Positions 47,291-60,370 of a DNA stretch of 64,000 nt are shown one piece after another. Source of the stretch: the human T2T-CHM13v2.0 reference genome, Homo sapiens; assembly GCF_009914755.1 (NCBI RefSeq), contig NC_060944.1; one strand, written 5' to 3'. The position numbers and the translations under genes were made by a program. Position 1 is the stretch's first letter, and each line of letters begins with the position of its first letter. Below the pieces are notes generated by a model. The model ran no database searches, had not been told where the DNA came from, and worked only from the letters and a program-made list of their open reading frames with translations.

Positions 47291-50200
47291 CTGGAAAAAC
47301 AAAGAAACACAAAATGCTGAAGGCAACAGGATGGCAGGTGGTCAGCTGAGGGTGATGACCAGGGCTCTGCACTGGCCTGGCCTGTCTCCAGCTGCACGAA
47401 GGGTTCCCAGTACAAGGAGCACCTCCCGCCTACTTGTGCAGCTCTCTGGCCTGACTGTACCTGACAGGCTTCTCCCTCAGCAGCTGAGAACATTTTGTGG
47501 CATGGGCACAACTAGGGCACCTGTCACTGCCCAGTGGTAATTCCAACATGCTGACTGGCAAAAGTGGCATCCAGTCTGTGAGAAGCTGGCAGAAGAGAGT
47601 GGGGAGCTGGAGAAAGCACTAAAAGTGCTCTGGTTCTCGGTGAGACTGTTATGGCTGAGACCCCTTCACCAGATCCCAACACTTGCCTTCCTCTTGACAC
47701 AGGTTTTTATTGAAGCAACAAAGCAGAATATGTAAGACAGGGTTTTAATCCCAAGTTTAAATCCTGACTGCAACCTCCTAGCTGTGGGACTCAGGACATG
47801 TCAGTTAGCCTCTGAGTTTAAGTAAAAAAGGACAATGGTACCTATCTTTAGAGTCACGGAAAGTGACGTGTTTAATACATTACCTGATCCATAGGAAGCA
47901 GTGCTTGCTAATGGCACATTACTTATTTATTGTGTGTATGCCCCACTCCTCTCTGAATACAATGGGATGTGTACATGTTTGCTGAAGAAATGAAGGACTT
48001 CTTGAACACTGTTGGGGAAACTGCCACCAAAATAAGTGGTGGTTCTCCCTAAGGGAGACCATCTATTTTTTCTCTATTTGGAGGTTCACTCTCCAATTTT
48101 CTTAATTAGCAGAGAGTTCTGCAGTAAAGCACTTCTGCTCCACGTGGACCACACTGTGACAGGACCTGGGCCCTCAACACGGGTGATCTGGCATCTGCAC
48201 TGGACATTCCCATAACCCATCAGGATGGCTGAGCTGCACAGAATCCTGGGGGAGGGCAGATTGCTCCAGCAGCATCAGCGAGCGGAAGGCAGCACGTGGA
48301 AAGGAAGGCGCAGGCTGCAGCCCCACACCCTCCTTCCTGAGAGTGGAGCTCAGGAGCTCTGCAGGGCAGAGAGGATGCAGCCAGGAACCTGGTCCCTGGA
48401 GCGTAAACAAACCACTGCAATTACGATGGATCTTTCTCTGAATTTATAATCCCTAGAGATTGAGAGAATTTCTTCCCACAGATGGGAAGCGATTTCTTTC
48501 AGGACTTAGTGCCGCAGTCCCTGCGCCCCTGGAGAACTGCATGCCTTTCTCTCTCTCGACTGCCCTCCACACCTCACTGCTATCAGCTAGTTTATCAACT
48601 AGTACATGCCCATGGTATTAAAAAAGGTGAACTGTACTTGTGCAGTTCAGCAGTCTCAGCGTTTCCTCACCCAGGGGAGGTGTACAGTTTGAGGACAAAG
48701 CCCTCCCCTGCTGGCACCCTCCCTGACTGCCTGGGCATCTTCTTACGGTTCTTGCTACAAAGTCAGTGCTGTTTTATCCCCTTCCCTTTGATTACAGCAA
48801 TGGTGAAGCAAAATGTTCAGAGTGGCTTCAATGGATCTTGTCACACTGGATTCCACTGAGGTCAATGGTCACCATCAAGGCCGGAATGCGCAGCCTACGG
48901 AGCAGCATGAGACAGGAGAGCTCAACAGTGAGGGGTGAGGCCTCTGGGCTGCTGAGGCAACTCCCAGGGCTGCACCTGCGGCCTTTTCAGGATTCTCCTT
49001 TGGAATACCTTCCCTTCCACTAGAGTCTGCAGAGTGGGGGGTGGGGATGTGACAAGCAGCAGCTGAGGCTCCACCAGCCCACAGCCTCCTTGTCTGTGGG
49101 AATCAGAGGCAGGGATCTGGCTGTTGCTCTCACTGGGGTACACTCTTGGGGTGCGAAAGGAGATGTGGGTCCACCAAGAGACACCAGAATGACCAGAAAA
49201 ACCCCACAGAACGCAGAGAAAGAAGCCAGGGAAGCTGAGGATATCTCTGGGCTGAGACTGGCCACCAGGCCTGAGGGCAGTTAAGAAATCTATTTACAAT
49301 CTGCCTAAGGGCACCTACTTTTAACTTTAATTTGGCAGCCCAGGCATTTCCCATTTTTCCCACTGCCTCTCTTCTCCATAAACTATGAAATAAGCAAATC
49401 CTTAGAAGACCCAGCAGATTTTTATTTAAGGGGCAGCTGTAACCTTAGCTGGTGGTACTGGTTTCAGGTTCTCATGGGCTGTAAGAACACACGTGTGTGG
49501 TGGGCCCCAAATGAGCAGCAGCTGGACTGTGTTGGTTCCCACACTAGTGGGCACTCAGCAGCGAGGGGAACGGCTGTCAGAGGCAGCAGGGAAGGCGGTG
49601 CTGATAAGAGGATGAGCAGCAGAAGAGTGCGAGACGCCACGAAGGAAGCACTGATCACGTGTCAGGCACTGTACGAAGGGCTTCAGCAGCATCTCAACAA
49701 ATCAGTGAATCAGCCCTGTGGAGTCAGTACTATCATCATGCCTGCTTTACAGAGAATTTACAGATTCATAGATGTGTGAAAACGTGCATATCTGAATGTT
49801 TCTGAGTCCCCAGAAATATTTTTTGAACTCCTACACCTGTCCTTCAGTTTCCCAAGAATATTAAAAAAATAAAAAATAAAAAAAAAACCCAGTTCATCAT
49901 AGACAAAAAAGCTTCATGATGGCAACTTTAAGAAAATTCTTCTCAAAAAGCCTTGGTTTGCATCACAGAGCTGGAAGAAACCCCTGAAACTGTTATATTT
50001 AGTCCCCTTCGTTTTCACAAGCTGGGGGTGGGGGTGGGGAGGGTACAGTTGGTCAGGGACAGAGCAGGTGAGAACACAGGCCCTGTGGTTCCCAGCCCAG
50101 GCCTCTTTCCACAGCACACCACACCCTCTCTTCTTCCCAGCATGACCTGCCACTTGCAATTTGCTAGGCTGGCAACTGCACACTCTGGCTCTAGGGAGGA

Positions 50201-51379
50201 TCACTGGGGACGCAATTCCTGGCTGGTTCCTGTTTTGAAAGAGAGACAGTAGGACTTGATGGGTCGGGGCCAGGCTAAAAGGATAATTTCTCACCAGTCT
50301 GTCTTGAGCTCATCAATGCAAATCGTCTCATTCTGGGCCAGCCACTCTGTCTACACAGCACAGTCTCAGTCCCTTGCTGGCATGGCACCACAGCCCAGGG
50401 TGCTTCAGCCAGGGTAACCACAACTTGACCACATATCTTTCTGAGCCCTCTTCCTGCAGCCTACCCACAACCGAGAGGCAGAGAAAGATACTGGGGAGTG
50501 TCTTTCCTTTACATCCACAAATGTGCCCTCATAACTCCAGAGAGAGGGGGCATATTCCACCTCAGAGGTCTTTCTGTTAGGAAGAAAACAAGCCCAGCAC
50601 TTGATGAATGGTGCCTCCTTCTTCTTTTCAAGCAATCTGCTATAAATCAGATCTTCTTTAACATGCTTTGAGACCCTCCTCAGGGGATCTAGGACCAGAC
50701 TATGCCCCAGAGGACCTTTGGCCACCTTGGCCCTGGCCCAGTAAGTGCAAGTAGCACTCTCAGGATCTGGGATGTCAAAAGCATCCTTTCCCTGCTCTTG
50801 CTGAGAACCATGAGTGCAGACACAATGGTGGGTCCTTTCAGAAATGAGAACTTGCTTAGAAGGCACAAGCTAATCTTTCTTCCCCTCTAGATGAGGAGAA
50901 TAGCAGCAGAAATGCCCCGAGGATAAAGAGAACGCTCTTCATTTGCAGCAGAGCAAGAGCGCTGGCAAAGGAAGTCAGCTTTAACCATGTCCTGTGGAGG
51001 AGTCACCCCAGCCACCAGCTGCTGCCCACTCCAGTCAGGTGCCCCTCCCAGCAGCGCGGCGACCACACACAGCGGCCAGGCGGGCTTTGGCAGCTCTCCC
51101 TCCTGGTAATTATACCCTGGGAGCAAACCTGCTTCCCCTTCCAGGAAAGGCCTGCGGAGGGGGCAAAGGGAACAAGGAAAAGGAGCTTCCTTATGTTCAA
51201 GCACACTGGAGGCAAATCTGCTTTCTATCTAATTGCACAGGCATTCCAGCCTAAGAAGAACATCCTCATCAATGCATGGTGGCATTATTCCAACTCTAAA
51301 ACTTAACTCTGGGTGGACTTAAGAGAAGGTGGTGACCAGAACTTCCTTTCTCCTCCGAAGGTTAGTACATTCATCCAAC

Positions 51380-51650
51380 AAACGCACGCTGGGTGAAAAG
51401 AGACCTAACGACAAAATGCGACGTGTGGCTCTTCATTTAAAAATCCTAAAACCAAACCAAAACACAACAACCAGCTCTAAAAGACATTTTTGAGATAACT
51501 GGTGGAATCTGAATATAGACTAGATAACAAGTATTATTAATATGCATGTGTAATAAGGGCAATAATTATGCAGGAAAATGTTCTTTATGAGATGCATGCT
51601 GAAGTATTTAGGGGTGATATGTCATGTCTGCAATTTACTGTCAAATGGCC
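51380..51650 (+). mobile_element. L1MB/MC 3' fragment
   Basis: aagacatttttgagataactggtggaatctgaatatagact...gagatgcatgctgaagtatttaggggtga. Confidence 0.65.
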
Positions 51651-51949
51651 CAGCAAAACCTCAAAACTATACACATACAGGTAAAACCAATATATACATA
51701 TGTAACTTACATATATAAACTATATTAAGTATATGTGTGTGTATACATATATTTAATGAGTAACCACTAGGTAGTGGGCATTAAAAATTGAATCCCACAA
51801 CCTTCCATGCAGCCCGCGCAATGATAATTCTGTGGACACCACCCGTCCAAACCACAGCACGTGTGGCAGAAGGGCCATGTGAGCTCGAAGGAAGGGAGGA
51901 GGAGTTCCTTGTGAGATTTAAATCTATTTCTAAAAAGAGGGGTAGGGTT

Positions 51950-52282
51950 TCCGCTATAAATGTTTCAAATTACTATGCTGATATCCTGTGCCCCAAGGTG
52001 ATGGTAATAGGATGCGGGGGGTTTAGGACGGTGATTAGGTCATAGGGGTCGAGCCCTTATGAATGGAATTAGTGACCTTATGAGAGCTGGCTGTCCCTTC
52101 CTCCATGCGAGGGCACAGTGAGAAGACACCAGTCTGGATGATGTGGTATGGGGCCTCACCAGATACCCAATCTGTCAGTGCCTTGACCTTGGACATTTGG
52201 GTCTCCAGAACTGTGAGAAATAAATTTCTGTTGCTTATAAGCCTCCCAGTATTCTGTTATGGTAGTCGGAATGGACTAAGGT
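51950..52282 (+). mobile_element. MLT1A0/MSTC-like LTR
   Basis: gtgattaggtcatagggg...gccttgaccttggac...cagaactgtgagaaataaatttctgttgcttataagcctccc...ggactaag. Confidence 0.8.
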
Positions 52283-53946
52283 TCTATGGCAAAGAAAAAG
52301 GGTACAGTGCACCCTAGAAGGCCCTGTCCCAAGAGGAGCTGCAGGAGATACACGGGTGCCCCTGTTCGGAAGGCTGAGCTGCCCGAGGTCTTCTTCTTGC
52401 CTTACTGCAGGAAAAGGGCCTCCGAGGCAGGGAGTGTGTTTATTTAATAAAAGAGGCTAACACATCTCTGGGAAGAGGCTGGCTTGCAAGAACAGCTTAG
52501 AAATGGGTTTTCTGGCAAAGGGTCAGCATCTGTAGGGAGGGATGAACACTAATTTCCAAGGAACATGAGGGAAACTGTTAGACACGGGGAAAGAAACAAG
52601 CAAGCCAAGGGGGAACCACATGGCTCTTCCTGAGACATCTCTAAAGCAAGAGCTCAGAGACTACAACAAAGCAAGAACCGGAGATCTTCCCTTGATGGCG
52701 TATCTGAGACACCGTGTGCCGAGACAAAAGGAGAAGGTGGGAGGCAGCGTGAAGGGGTGAGGAAAGACAGAGGGGACACAAACAAAGGTGAACTAGCTCG
52801 TACTGCTCACGCAAGTGGAAGAAAGTGAGGGAAGAGTCCTAAGAAAAGGGTAGAAGGGACATTTTCTGAGACTAAAGCAAGAGGGGAAAAAAGGGCAGCT
52901 TCTCCAACGTGACAAACTGTCTAGGGCCCAAGTCTCCCCCAAAGGGGCTGTGGTAGCAGATGGAGATGAGCAACGGCCACTGGTGGAGCTACTAGACCAG
53001 CGGTCATCCAGGTGACAAACTCTTGAACAAGTTCCCTGAGAACATTAAATGCCAAACTCTTTCTGCGAGAGGAGGAAATGACTAGGGTGGGCGGTCTTTT
53101 GGAGCTATAAAAAGAAATCACATTCAAGCAATCCCACCGAGAAGGGAATTCCTACTCCAGGAAAGATGTAGCTGGCAGAGTACTTAAGAGAAGGCATTCA
53201 GGAAAGCTTGAGTTTATGGAACAACCTGGGAAAGGCAAAAGTCCCCATGAGCATCTTCAGGAGCTCCCTATTTGGGCAGAAAGTGCTTTTAGGAGGCTAA
53301 AAGCACATTTATGTATAATCTGCCCAAACTCAACACATTTTCAAGTTGAAATGTTGTTACTGCCCTCTAGAGGTTATGACTTTTGTAGTCCAAATTTGTA
53401 CTAATCTGTAAACTATAATTAACTCGGATTCGTTATACTAGAAGTATTCTGCAGAAGTCTTTGAAGTCCCTTCCAGTGTCATGATGCTATAATAGGAAAA
53501 GGGTAGTGCTTAGAGGCAGCTGTTTTTCATTGCCAGTGAGGCTGGACCAGGAAGAAATGTCTTAAATGGTAGCCAAAAAAACCTAAATTAGGAAATGAAA
53601 ACTTCCAATAATGAGTTTTGTTCACTGACAAAGGTTAAAATTTCTTTCCCCTCATAACTCTACAAATAGGAGAAACAAAACACAAACCCAAGTTTTGGCA
53701 ATGGTTTAACAAACAATTCTGGAGGTAAGGGTTGAAAACAAATGACCACTGGGAGTCACAGAGCGCTCAAAAATGCCACAGCACCATTTCTTGCTGCTAA
53801 TCAACTTCCTGTGCTGGCTTCTAGTCCTCTTGAAAGATGTCTCCCAGCGAACCCCTTCCCAGCTGGGGCTTTCTCTCAAGTATGTAAGGCACGGCTCAAC
53901 CAGGATGCTCCTCCTGGCCCCACACTCACGTGGCCTTCTTCCTTAC

Positions 53947-54066
53947 CCTCAGTCCTGGCTCCTTGGGGATGGCAGGAACTCTCTCTTCCCCGCTCAGGGA
54001 GCTGACATCTAATTTTCCAGGTTCTTTACAGCGTGGCCTCCTCTGCTTTGGTTTGTCTGAAAAATT
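53947..54066 (-). CDS. CHD6: CHD6 penultimate exon (not in ORF track)
   Basis: Acceptor cctAG and donor GTAAGG; 120 nt. Translates NFSDKPKQRRPRCKEPGKLDVSSLSGEERVPAIPKEPGLR (start of a BRK-like repeat). Confidence 0.93.
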
Positions 54067-54659
54067 CTAGGATGAAAACGGAGACCAATATTACAAAACA
54101 TGCTATCCCAGATTCTTCTGATGAGGCTGATGCTTTTCAACTGGTTTTGCTATTGTTCTCGTCAATGGTTGTCTGCACAGGAGCTGGCCAGGTTAAACTA
54201 AAGGAAATAGCCACCTGGCTTCACCTAGGCTTTCTCTCCTGAAGCACCAGTGTTCCTACAGTAATCTGGAAAACAGGCTGTGTGGGCACCCCCGCCCTCC
54301 AGACTAGAACACCTGAGCCGATTCACCAGGCTGCCAGGGCCCTGTTAATCCCTGGCCTTTTCCTCTTGATCATTTCCTTGCATTCTCTTGTCACTGCTAC
54401 TTGCCTGGCTGGTTTCGCCTGTCTCTGGAGGGTGCACATCTGTGAATGTGTTCTCCTCTTCCTGTGCGCTCTCTACCTACATATCTTATTAGTTAGGCGC
54501 ACCCAGGACAAAGACAGTGGTGGGGTAGATGAGCAAGTGAGAAGAGAAAAACCAAAAAAGACATCTGTGCTCGAGTCCTCTCCTAAAAATGTCTAGTCTG
54601 AGGGACTTAGGACAAAGACAGTACGATGACTTGAAGGGAATGTCCTAAAGCAGAATAAC

Positions 54660-54755
54660 CATAAAACTAAGGACAGACCGTCCCCCAACCACCGCAAATG
54701 GAATGTACATAAAACTAAGGACAGATGGTCCCCCAACCACCACAAATGGAACGTA
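54660..54755. repeat. 48-bp tandem duplication (2 copies)
   Basis: cataaaactaaggacaga..gtcccccaaccacc.caaatggaa.gta twice; 44/48 identical. Confidence 0.9.
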
Positions 54756-55126
54756 TTAACTTGAAAAGAATTCAAAGGAACATTTTCATAGGTGGCAGAG
54801 TTTATGCAACCTAAAGATTTCTCTATGAGCTTATGATACTGTGTGGCAATTTTTGTGGGGACAGCGGATAAGTTCTGTCCTCTTAGGATTTTGCATGTCT
54901 ACTTTTTGGCATAGTATTTTGAGATGGGCTATCATTTCTATTACTGAAGAATTTAATCAAAATTTAAACTTAAAAACAAAAGTCCTTTAACATGATGTTG
55001 TCAGCTGACAGATTTCTCCCAAACAGCTCCCAACTTCCTGGTTGCCCTCAGCATGCTTTCATCAAAAATAGCAACAAGTCAGCAGGAAGTAAACAGTGAT
55101 CTCAGGCAGTACCAACAAACACTTAC

Positions 55127-55318
55127 TGCCCCAAAGCCAGGAACTTCTAAGGAGTAGTCAGCCTGCTGCCTTAGCCAGTCAAGCAGACTCTTGCTGGGAA
55201 TGGATTTCTCGGCTTGGCTGCTGGCTGCCGTAGCTGGCTCAGGAGCCGAGGTGGCAGGCCCTGGCCCCTCAGGGTGTGTGGTGCTCAAGGTGGCCTGCCC
55301 TGGGTCTTCATGGACTTC
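55127..55318 (-). CDS. CHD6: CHD6 exon
   Basis: AG/GTAAGT; 192 nt. Translates EVHEDPGQ...SKSLLDWLRQQADYSLEVPGFGA. Confidence 0.93.
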
Positions 55319-56039
55319 CTGGATGAAGGAAAAACGAGTATGTATAATCACGACACAATGAAAATTAGTTTCTAAAGAAAGAAAACATGTAAGGTGTTAT
55401 TTGAATCACTCCACCTATTTCCACCCTGATATTACTCAGCTGGGGTGCCTGAATTAGAACCCTACACACACCACTGACCCACGCCCACATAAGCTCTTGC
55501 AAGTGATTTGGTGTTCCCTTCACCTGAGCACTCCTCTCCCGCTCTTGTCCACTTGGTACACTTTAACTCCATCCTGACTGCCGGATTCAGTTTTCCTCCT
55601 CTGTCACCACTGCCCACTGTCCCAGGCAGCACTCACTGCTCCAGCTCCTGTCCCCACAGCACTCGGTTCCTAGCTCTCTCACATAAAGAAAACGCCATAC
55701 CACAATTTACTCACCCTCTATAGTTTGAATGCCTGTCTTACCTCTGTTTTACTAATGCCTATAATGGGGTCTATAACAATGACCATGCTAAATAAGTGTT
55801 TGCATCAATAAATTAAAAAAATACTCTGAGGACAAGGGGGAAAATTTTTATCGGTCATTCCATTGGAATTCTATGATCATTATAGAGAAACTATGGTGTT
55901 GCACATCTAAAAAAGGTAAAAGACTTCTTAAAAGCTTGCAGGATTGAGCAGGGAAAGAACGTGTCACTTCAGCTTCCCAGATTACTTTGAAAGTCTAAGA
56001 GGAAGACATAACCCAAGCAATATGGCTTAGCAGTAAAGT

Positions 56040-56275
56040 TCTCAGCCCCTAGAGAAAAAGGTCCTTGGTTTGGTTTCCTGCTTTGTCACTTACTAGCTGG
56101 ATAATCTTGGGGAAATTATTTAATGCTTTAAAGCCTTATTTTCCTCACCTATAAAATGGGAATAACAAAGCCCATCTTCAGAGTGGTTGTGAGGAACAAA
56201 CAAGATAATCATGTAAAGCCTTGAACATGGTAAGCAGTAGGCACTCAATAAGTACTAGTTATTATTATTGCTTTT
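56040..56275 (+). mobile_element. MIR
   Basis: cacttactagctggataatcttggggaaattattta...ttttcctcacctataaaatgggaataa...taggcactcaataa. Confidence 0.75.
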
Positions 56276-56988
56276 AAAATAAGAAAACATAAAATGTGAT
56301 TCCTGTTTTGGAGCTCAGAATCCAGTAAATGGGAAAACCCAAAATACAACATGAAACATTAAACAAAGCGTAAAAGGGATCTCTCTTGGCCAGGTATACG
56401 GTTTCTGACCTTTTCTGTTGTTTGCAAATGATTTCCTTTGAGTTTGGAACAAACTGTCTTAGCATGATCTCCGTAAATCTTCAACCCTCCGTGGTAGATG
56501 CTGTTGCCCCACTTTACACAGGAGCAAAGTGAGTCTCAGTTGTAGCCCAATATCACCCAGTAAGTCAAGCAGAAGAGCCAGGATCACATTCAGGTAGCCC
56601 TGACTCCTGTTCTTTCTCCCATACCCCAGTCTTGGAGAGCCTCACTACCCCGGAGAAAAGCCGCTGCACACTCAACCCTGCCATCTTGCTCTGCCGTGCC
56701 GTCAACAGTGGCTCTTCTGAAACCCTGGAGGAGCGGGGTTGTTCCTATTTGAAATGGCAAGACCTCCTGGCTCATTTCTCCAGGCTGTAAGCAGATTAAG
56801 CGCCATTAATGAGTTAGTAACTATCTAGTTCTACAGAAGATGGAGGGCATCTTATAATGAGAGAAAATAAAGCAGGACAACCGAAATAGAGATAAAAGAT
56901 CCACAAATTATTTTGCGTCTGAGGAAGAAGGGTTTGTTTCTCAGTGTAGAAAGGTAAATGTTTTTAATCTAATGACCTCAATACCCAC

Positions 56989-57441
56989 CAAGATTCCCGC
57001 CTGAAGTGTCTGCTCCTTCAAAAAGATGAGGTCCATCCCTCCTTCAACATGTTTCCGCCTCCCTCTCCGCCTCCTCGTGGCTGCATCATCTCTTCTGAGG
57101 CTTCCATTGACAATCTGTCCAGTCACAGGATGGATCAGGCCAGCTTGCAGAATCCCAGACAAGTCCATGCCAAGGGCTCCCTGAAGTGAACTGATAGCCC
57201 CAATCTTAGGGGTGCTGGCGCTCACTGGGAAAGGGGATGTGGCTCCTGGGGACCCCTCTGATGAGCAGGAGAGGTCCATAGCTGACTCCCCATGCCAGCC
57301 ATTGAGGATGATAGGGGTGTGCCCGTGGGTGGCAGAGAACTGCTCCAGGCCCCGAGCCTTTGCATCCCTCTCCACCTCAAACTCATAGGGACGCCTGTGC
57401 TTTTGTTCATCCTTTGTGAATACTGGAGCTAAGAAGCTCTC
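56989..57441 (-). CDS. CHD6: CHD6 exon
   Basis: AG/GTGGGT; 453 nt. Translates ESFLAPVF...RRRRGRRKHVEGGMDLIFLKEQTLQAGIL. Confidence 0.94.
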
Positions 57442-57559
57442 CTGTGAACACACAAACAGCAAGAGAGGTCTGAATGTCACACAAGTGGCTGAATGCTAGC
57501 TCTTTCTCCAGGCCTGATTTCCCTAGGCCTCATATTGTTTCCAATCATCTTTTTAGGAG

Positions 57560-57880
57560 TTCTTCTAACTCAGGCCTCCTCAAACCTGAACAGCTTGTTA
57601 AAATGCAGATTCTACTTCAGTGGGTCTGAGGTAGAGCCTGAGAATCTGCTTTTTTAACAGGTTTCCAGGTGCTGCTAAAGCTGCTATGCTAGTCCGTGAA
57701 CTACATTTGGTGTTGCAAGATGATAACTCAGAAATGCTCAACCTCACCTGTGCATCAGAATCACCTGGGAAGTTTAAAACAACTCAGTACCCAGGACACA
57801 CTCCAGACTGAATAAGTCAGCATCGTTAGCTTGTCACGGTCCCCAGCTGATTCCAATGTGCAGTTGAGCATGAGAACCAG
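57560..57880. mobile_element. MER5-type hAT MITE fragments
   Basis: gcttgttaaaatgcagatt...ggtctgaggtagagcctgagaatctgc and gcatcagaatcacctgggaag. Confidence 0.7.
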
Positions 57881-58390
57881 CTAGTTAATAATGTATCTCA
57901 AAACTCATCACCCCCACCAAAACGCTCACTCCTGCCTTGATTTCCCTAATTTCTATCAGCTTCCATTGTTAGAGCTCAGTTCTCTAAGGGTCAACCACAC
58001 TGTTCCATTCATGCTTCCCTTTCCTTATATATTTATTAGTCATGGGGTCATCTTTGCCAGTTCCCCCCTATCTTTGTATCCACTCTGAAACAACCGGGGT
58101 CTAGAACCTCTCTTTATCAGTTTCCTGCTTGGCCCCCCTAGCCAAGCTGTATTCTACTCCAAGTGAGCTGCAAACCTCTGCTTTCATCATGCCTTCTCCT
58201 GCTCCAATACTTTTACTAGCTCTTCACTACATACAGGATAAAGTCTAAATTCCCCAATCAACACTAATGGCTTGGCAAAAAAAAACCCCTATCCACTCAG
58301 TAAATACTTGCTGAATGAATGAACTCAACAGAGACGTGGAACACGCCCACCATTCTTTGTTTTGTGGTCACTCCATTCTTGCCGGCTCAC

Positions 58391-58597
58391 CTTGTGGATC
58401 TGGGCCGCCAATGCTGCGCCGTTGCTGAAGCTGTGTTCTGCTGCTTCCGGCTCTGAGAGGCTGGTTCGAGAACCAGCACTGCTGGTTAATACCGGGGTGG
58501 GCAGTGTGCCTGAGGGCTCATACTGCTGGCTAGAGGGCCACTTCCCCTTTAACACCACGTGGCAGATATTATCTAGGCGGTTAATTATCACGCGGTC
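58391..58597 (-). CDS. CHD6: CHD6 exon
   Basis: AG/GTGAGC; 207 nt. Contains DRVIINRLDNICHVVLKGKWP, a conserved CHD6-9 motif. Confidence 0.95.
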
Positions 58598-59000
58598 CTA
58601 GAAAAAAGGATAAAGCTCTGATGAATAAGGATCGAGTTACCTAAATTCACAAAATCCTTTGAGATCAAGGGTTAAGCTTTTCACCAGAAGGAGTCGATAA
58701 GAAAAGAGCACACTCAAACATACTCACTTTATAAGGCTTAAAATAAAAATCATAGTCTGGACAATACAAATTAAAGCCATCGTACTATAAATAAGAGGAC
58801 AATTTGACACCTTCATCTTACAGTCGAATTAGTTAAGCGCATGTATCTTTAATGTTCAAATGCTACATAACTAATATCTTTTAAAGGTATTAAACATTTC
58901 TGAGTTTCTTGTTCAGAACTATTTCTAAAAGGGTTAAAAAAAGCAATTCAAAGCTGGGAATGGTTTGGGGGTAGGGTGGGAAACGCAAGCTCTGGGGTAC

Positions 59001-59152
59001 CTTTGGCCACTCAGAGAAGGAATAGAGAGTTTTCTCCTGTAGCAGCTGAGCAATAGTGGGAGCTCGAGCCTCCTGTAGCTCATCCCCAATGTCTCCTGTG
59101 ATGCCCGATGTTGAGCTCTTGCTCTCCTCTTCAGAGTACTTCCCTGGATAAT
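59001..59152 (-). CDS. CHD6: CHD6 exon (not in ORF track)
   Basis: Acceptor cccAG and donor GTACCC; 152 nt. Translates (D)YPGKYSEEESKSS...APTIAQLLQEKTLYSFSEWPK, joining into WPK|DRV. Confidence 0.93.
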
Positions 59153-59879
59153 CTGGGAAGAGGTTAAAAAATTAATCAGGCACTTAACTATAGTAGTGAG
59201 ATACTAGTGATCTGAGAGATTAGGATATCCTCTTTTCCTTTTGCTTTTTAAATTAGCTCATTCTGTGCTATTTTAAATGGAATATTAATTATGATATCTT
59301 CTATTTCCAGGAGAACCGTATCAGTTAAGCCATAAAAGCAAATCCTGCTCTGGGGCTCCCAAGGCAAGTCTTCTAGTGAGCATTTGCATCCATATCCCAA
59401 CACAAGAAAAGAGAAAGGAAATTTTTCTTGTGTATCCAAGAGTGAAAGAGATGACTAACCACAAAGAGGCTTCTCACTTAGTGTAGTGGTCAAGGGAAAG
59501 CTGAACATTCTAACACTTTGAGATCTTTGAAGGGACAGTCTATGAAATGTAACACGGCAAGACGGTGATTAATATGAGAAAGGATGAAAGTCATGAAGCT
59601 TACAACAAAGGTAAGACAGACCTGATTCATGTAAAAAAAGATGCCAAGAAACTCAGAACATTTCAATTACTTCACTCATGGAAAGAAATGGACATGTAAC
59701 TTATTCTTTCAAGCTTCAGTAATGGTGAAAGTTTATCATCAATGTGTCAACGTGAATGGATCTTCAAAGATCCACTTACAGGAAATGAACAGACAATGGA
59801 AAAACACCTAAGGCAGGAAAAGTTGTTGACCTCTTTCTTGGTTAAATGACAAGGAGCATCCATCCTTTGAAATGTGGCT

Positions 59880-60370
59880 ATTTCACTTCTCAATGTGCAA
59901 CAAGTCTCCTAGGGAGCTGCAGCGACCTGACCATGAAAAACAGGGCCTTGCTAGGCCTGGTAGACTCAGGATAAGCCAGACAGATACCGCCCAGGTCCTC
60001 AAGATTCTTACAGCCCTATGAGGGAAGACAGCCAGGAAAGAGGTGACAATAAAGGAGCAACTAAAATTATCAGCTGTGATAAGTACTATCAAGGGAAAGA
60101 AACAAGACGCCATGATAGGGAACAAGAGGGAAGAACCTACTCAAGTAGGTTGTTAGAGAGTCTCTCGGAGGAGGGAGCTCCCATGAAGATGAGGAGGCAA
60201 CAGGGAAGGGTATTGTGGACATGCTGAGGAACGAAGTGAGGGCCAGGAGGAAAGCACAAAGATGAGGCTAGAGGGGTGGAAATCATCTAGAACATGCTGA
60301 GTCCTCTAGGCCAGAATAGAAAATTTAGATTTTATTCTAGATTCAATGGGGGACCACCACTGAAAGGTTT
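59880..60370 (-). mobile_element. L2 fragment
   Basis: gtcctcaagattcttacagccctatgagggaagaca...gattttattcta...ccactgaaaggttttaagcag. Confidence 0.6.

Noticed and set aside
48174-48420. AGAICPP peptide as a possible relic of the missing CHD6 BRK exon
   Set aside because: Similarity to GGAMAPP is too short and there is no following LxxWL motif.
49538-49556. CTCF-like motif cacactagtgggcactc (and a weaker one near 39882-39900)
   Set aside because: Mismatches at core positions; cannot be supported without a PWM score or ChIP data.
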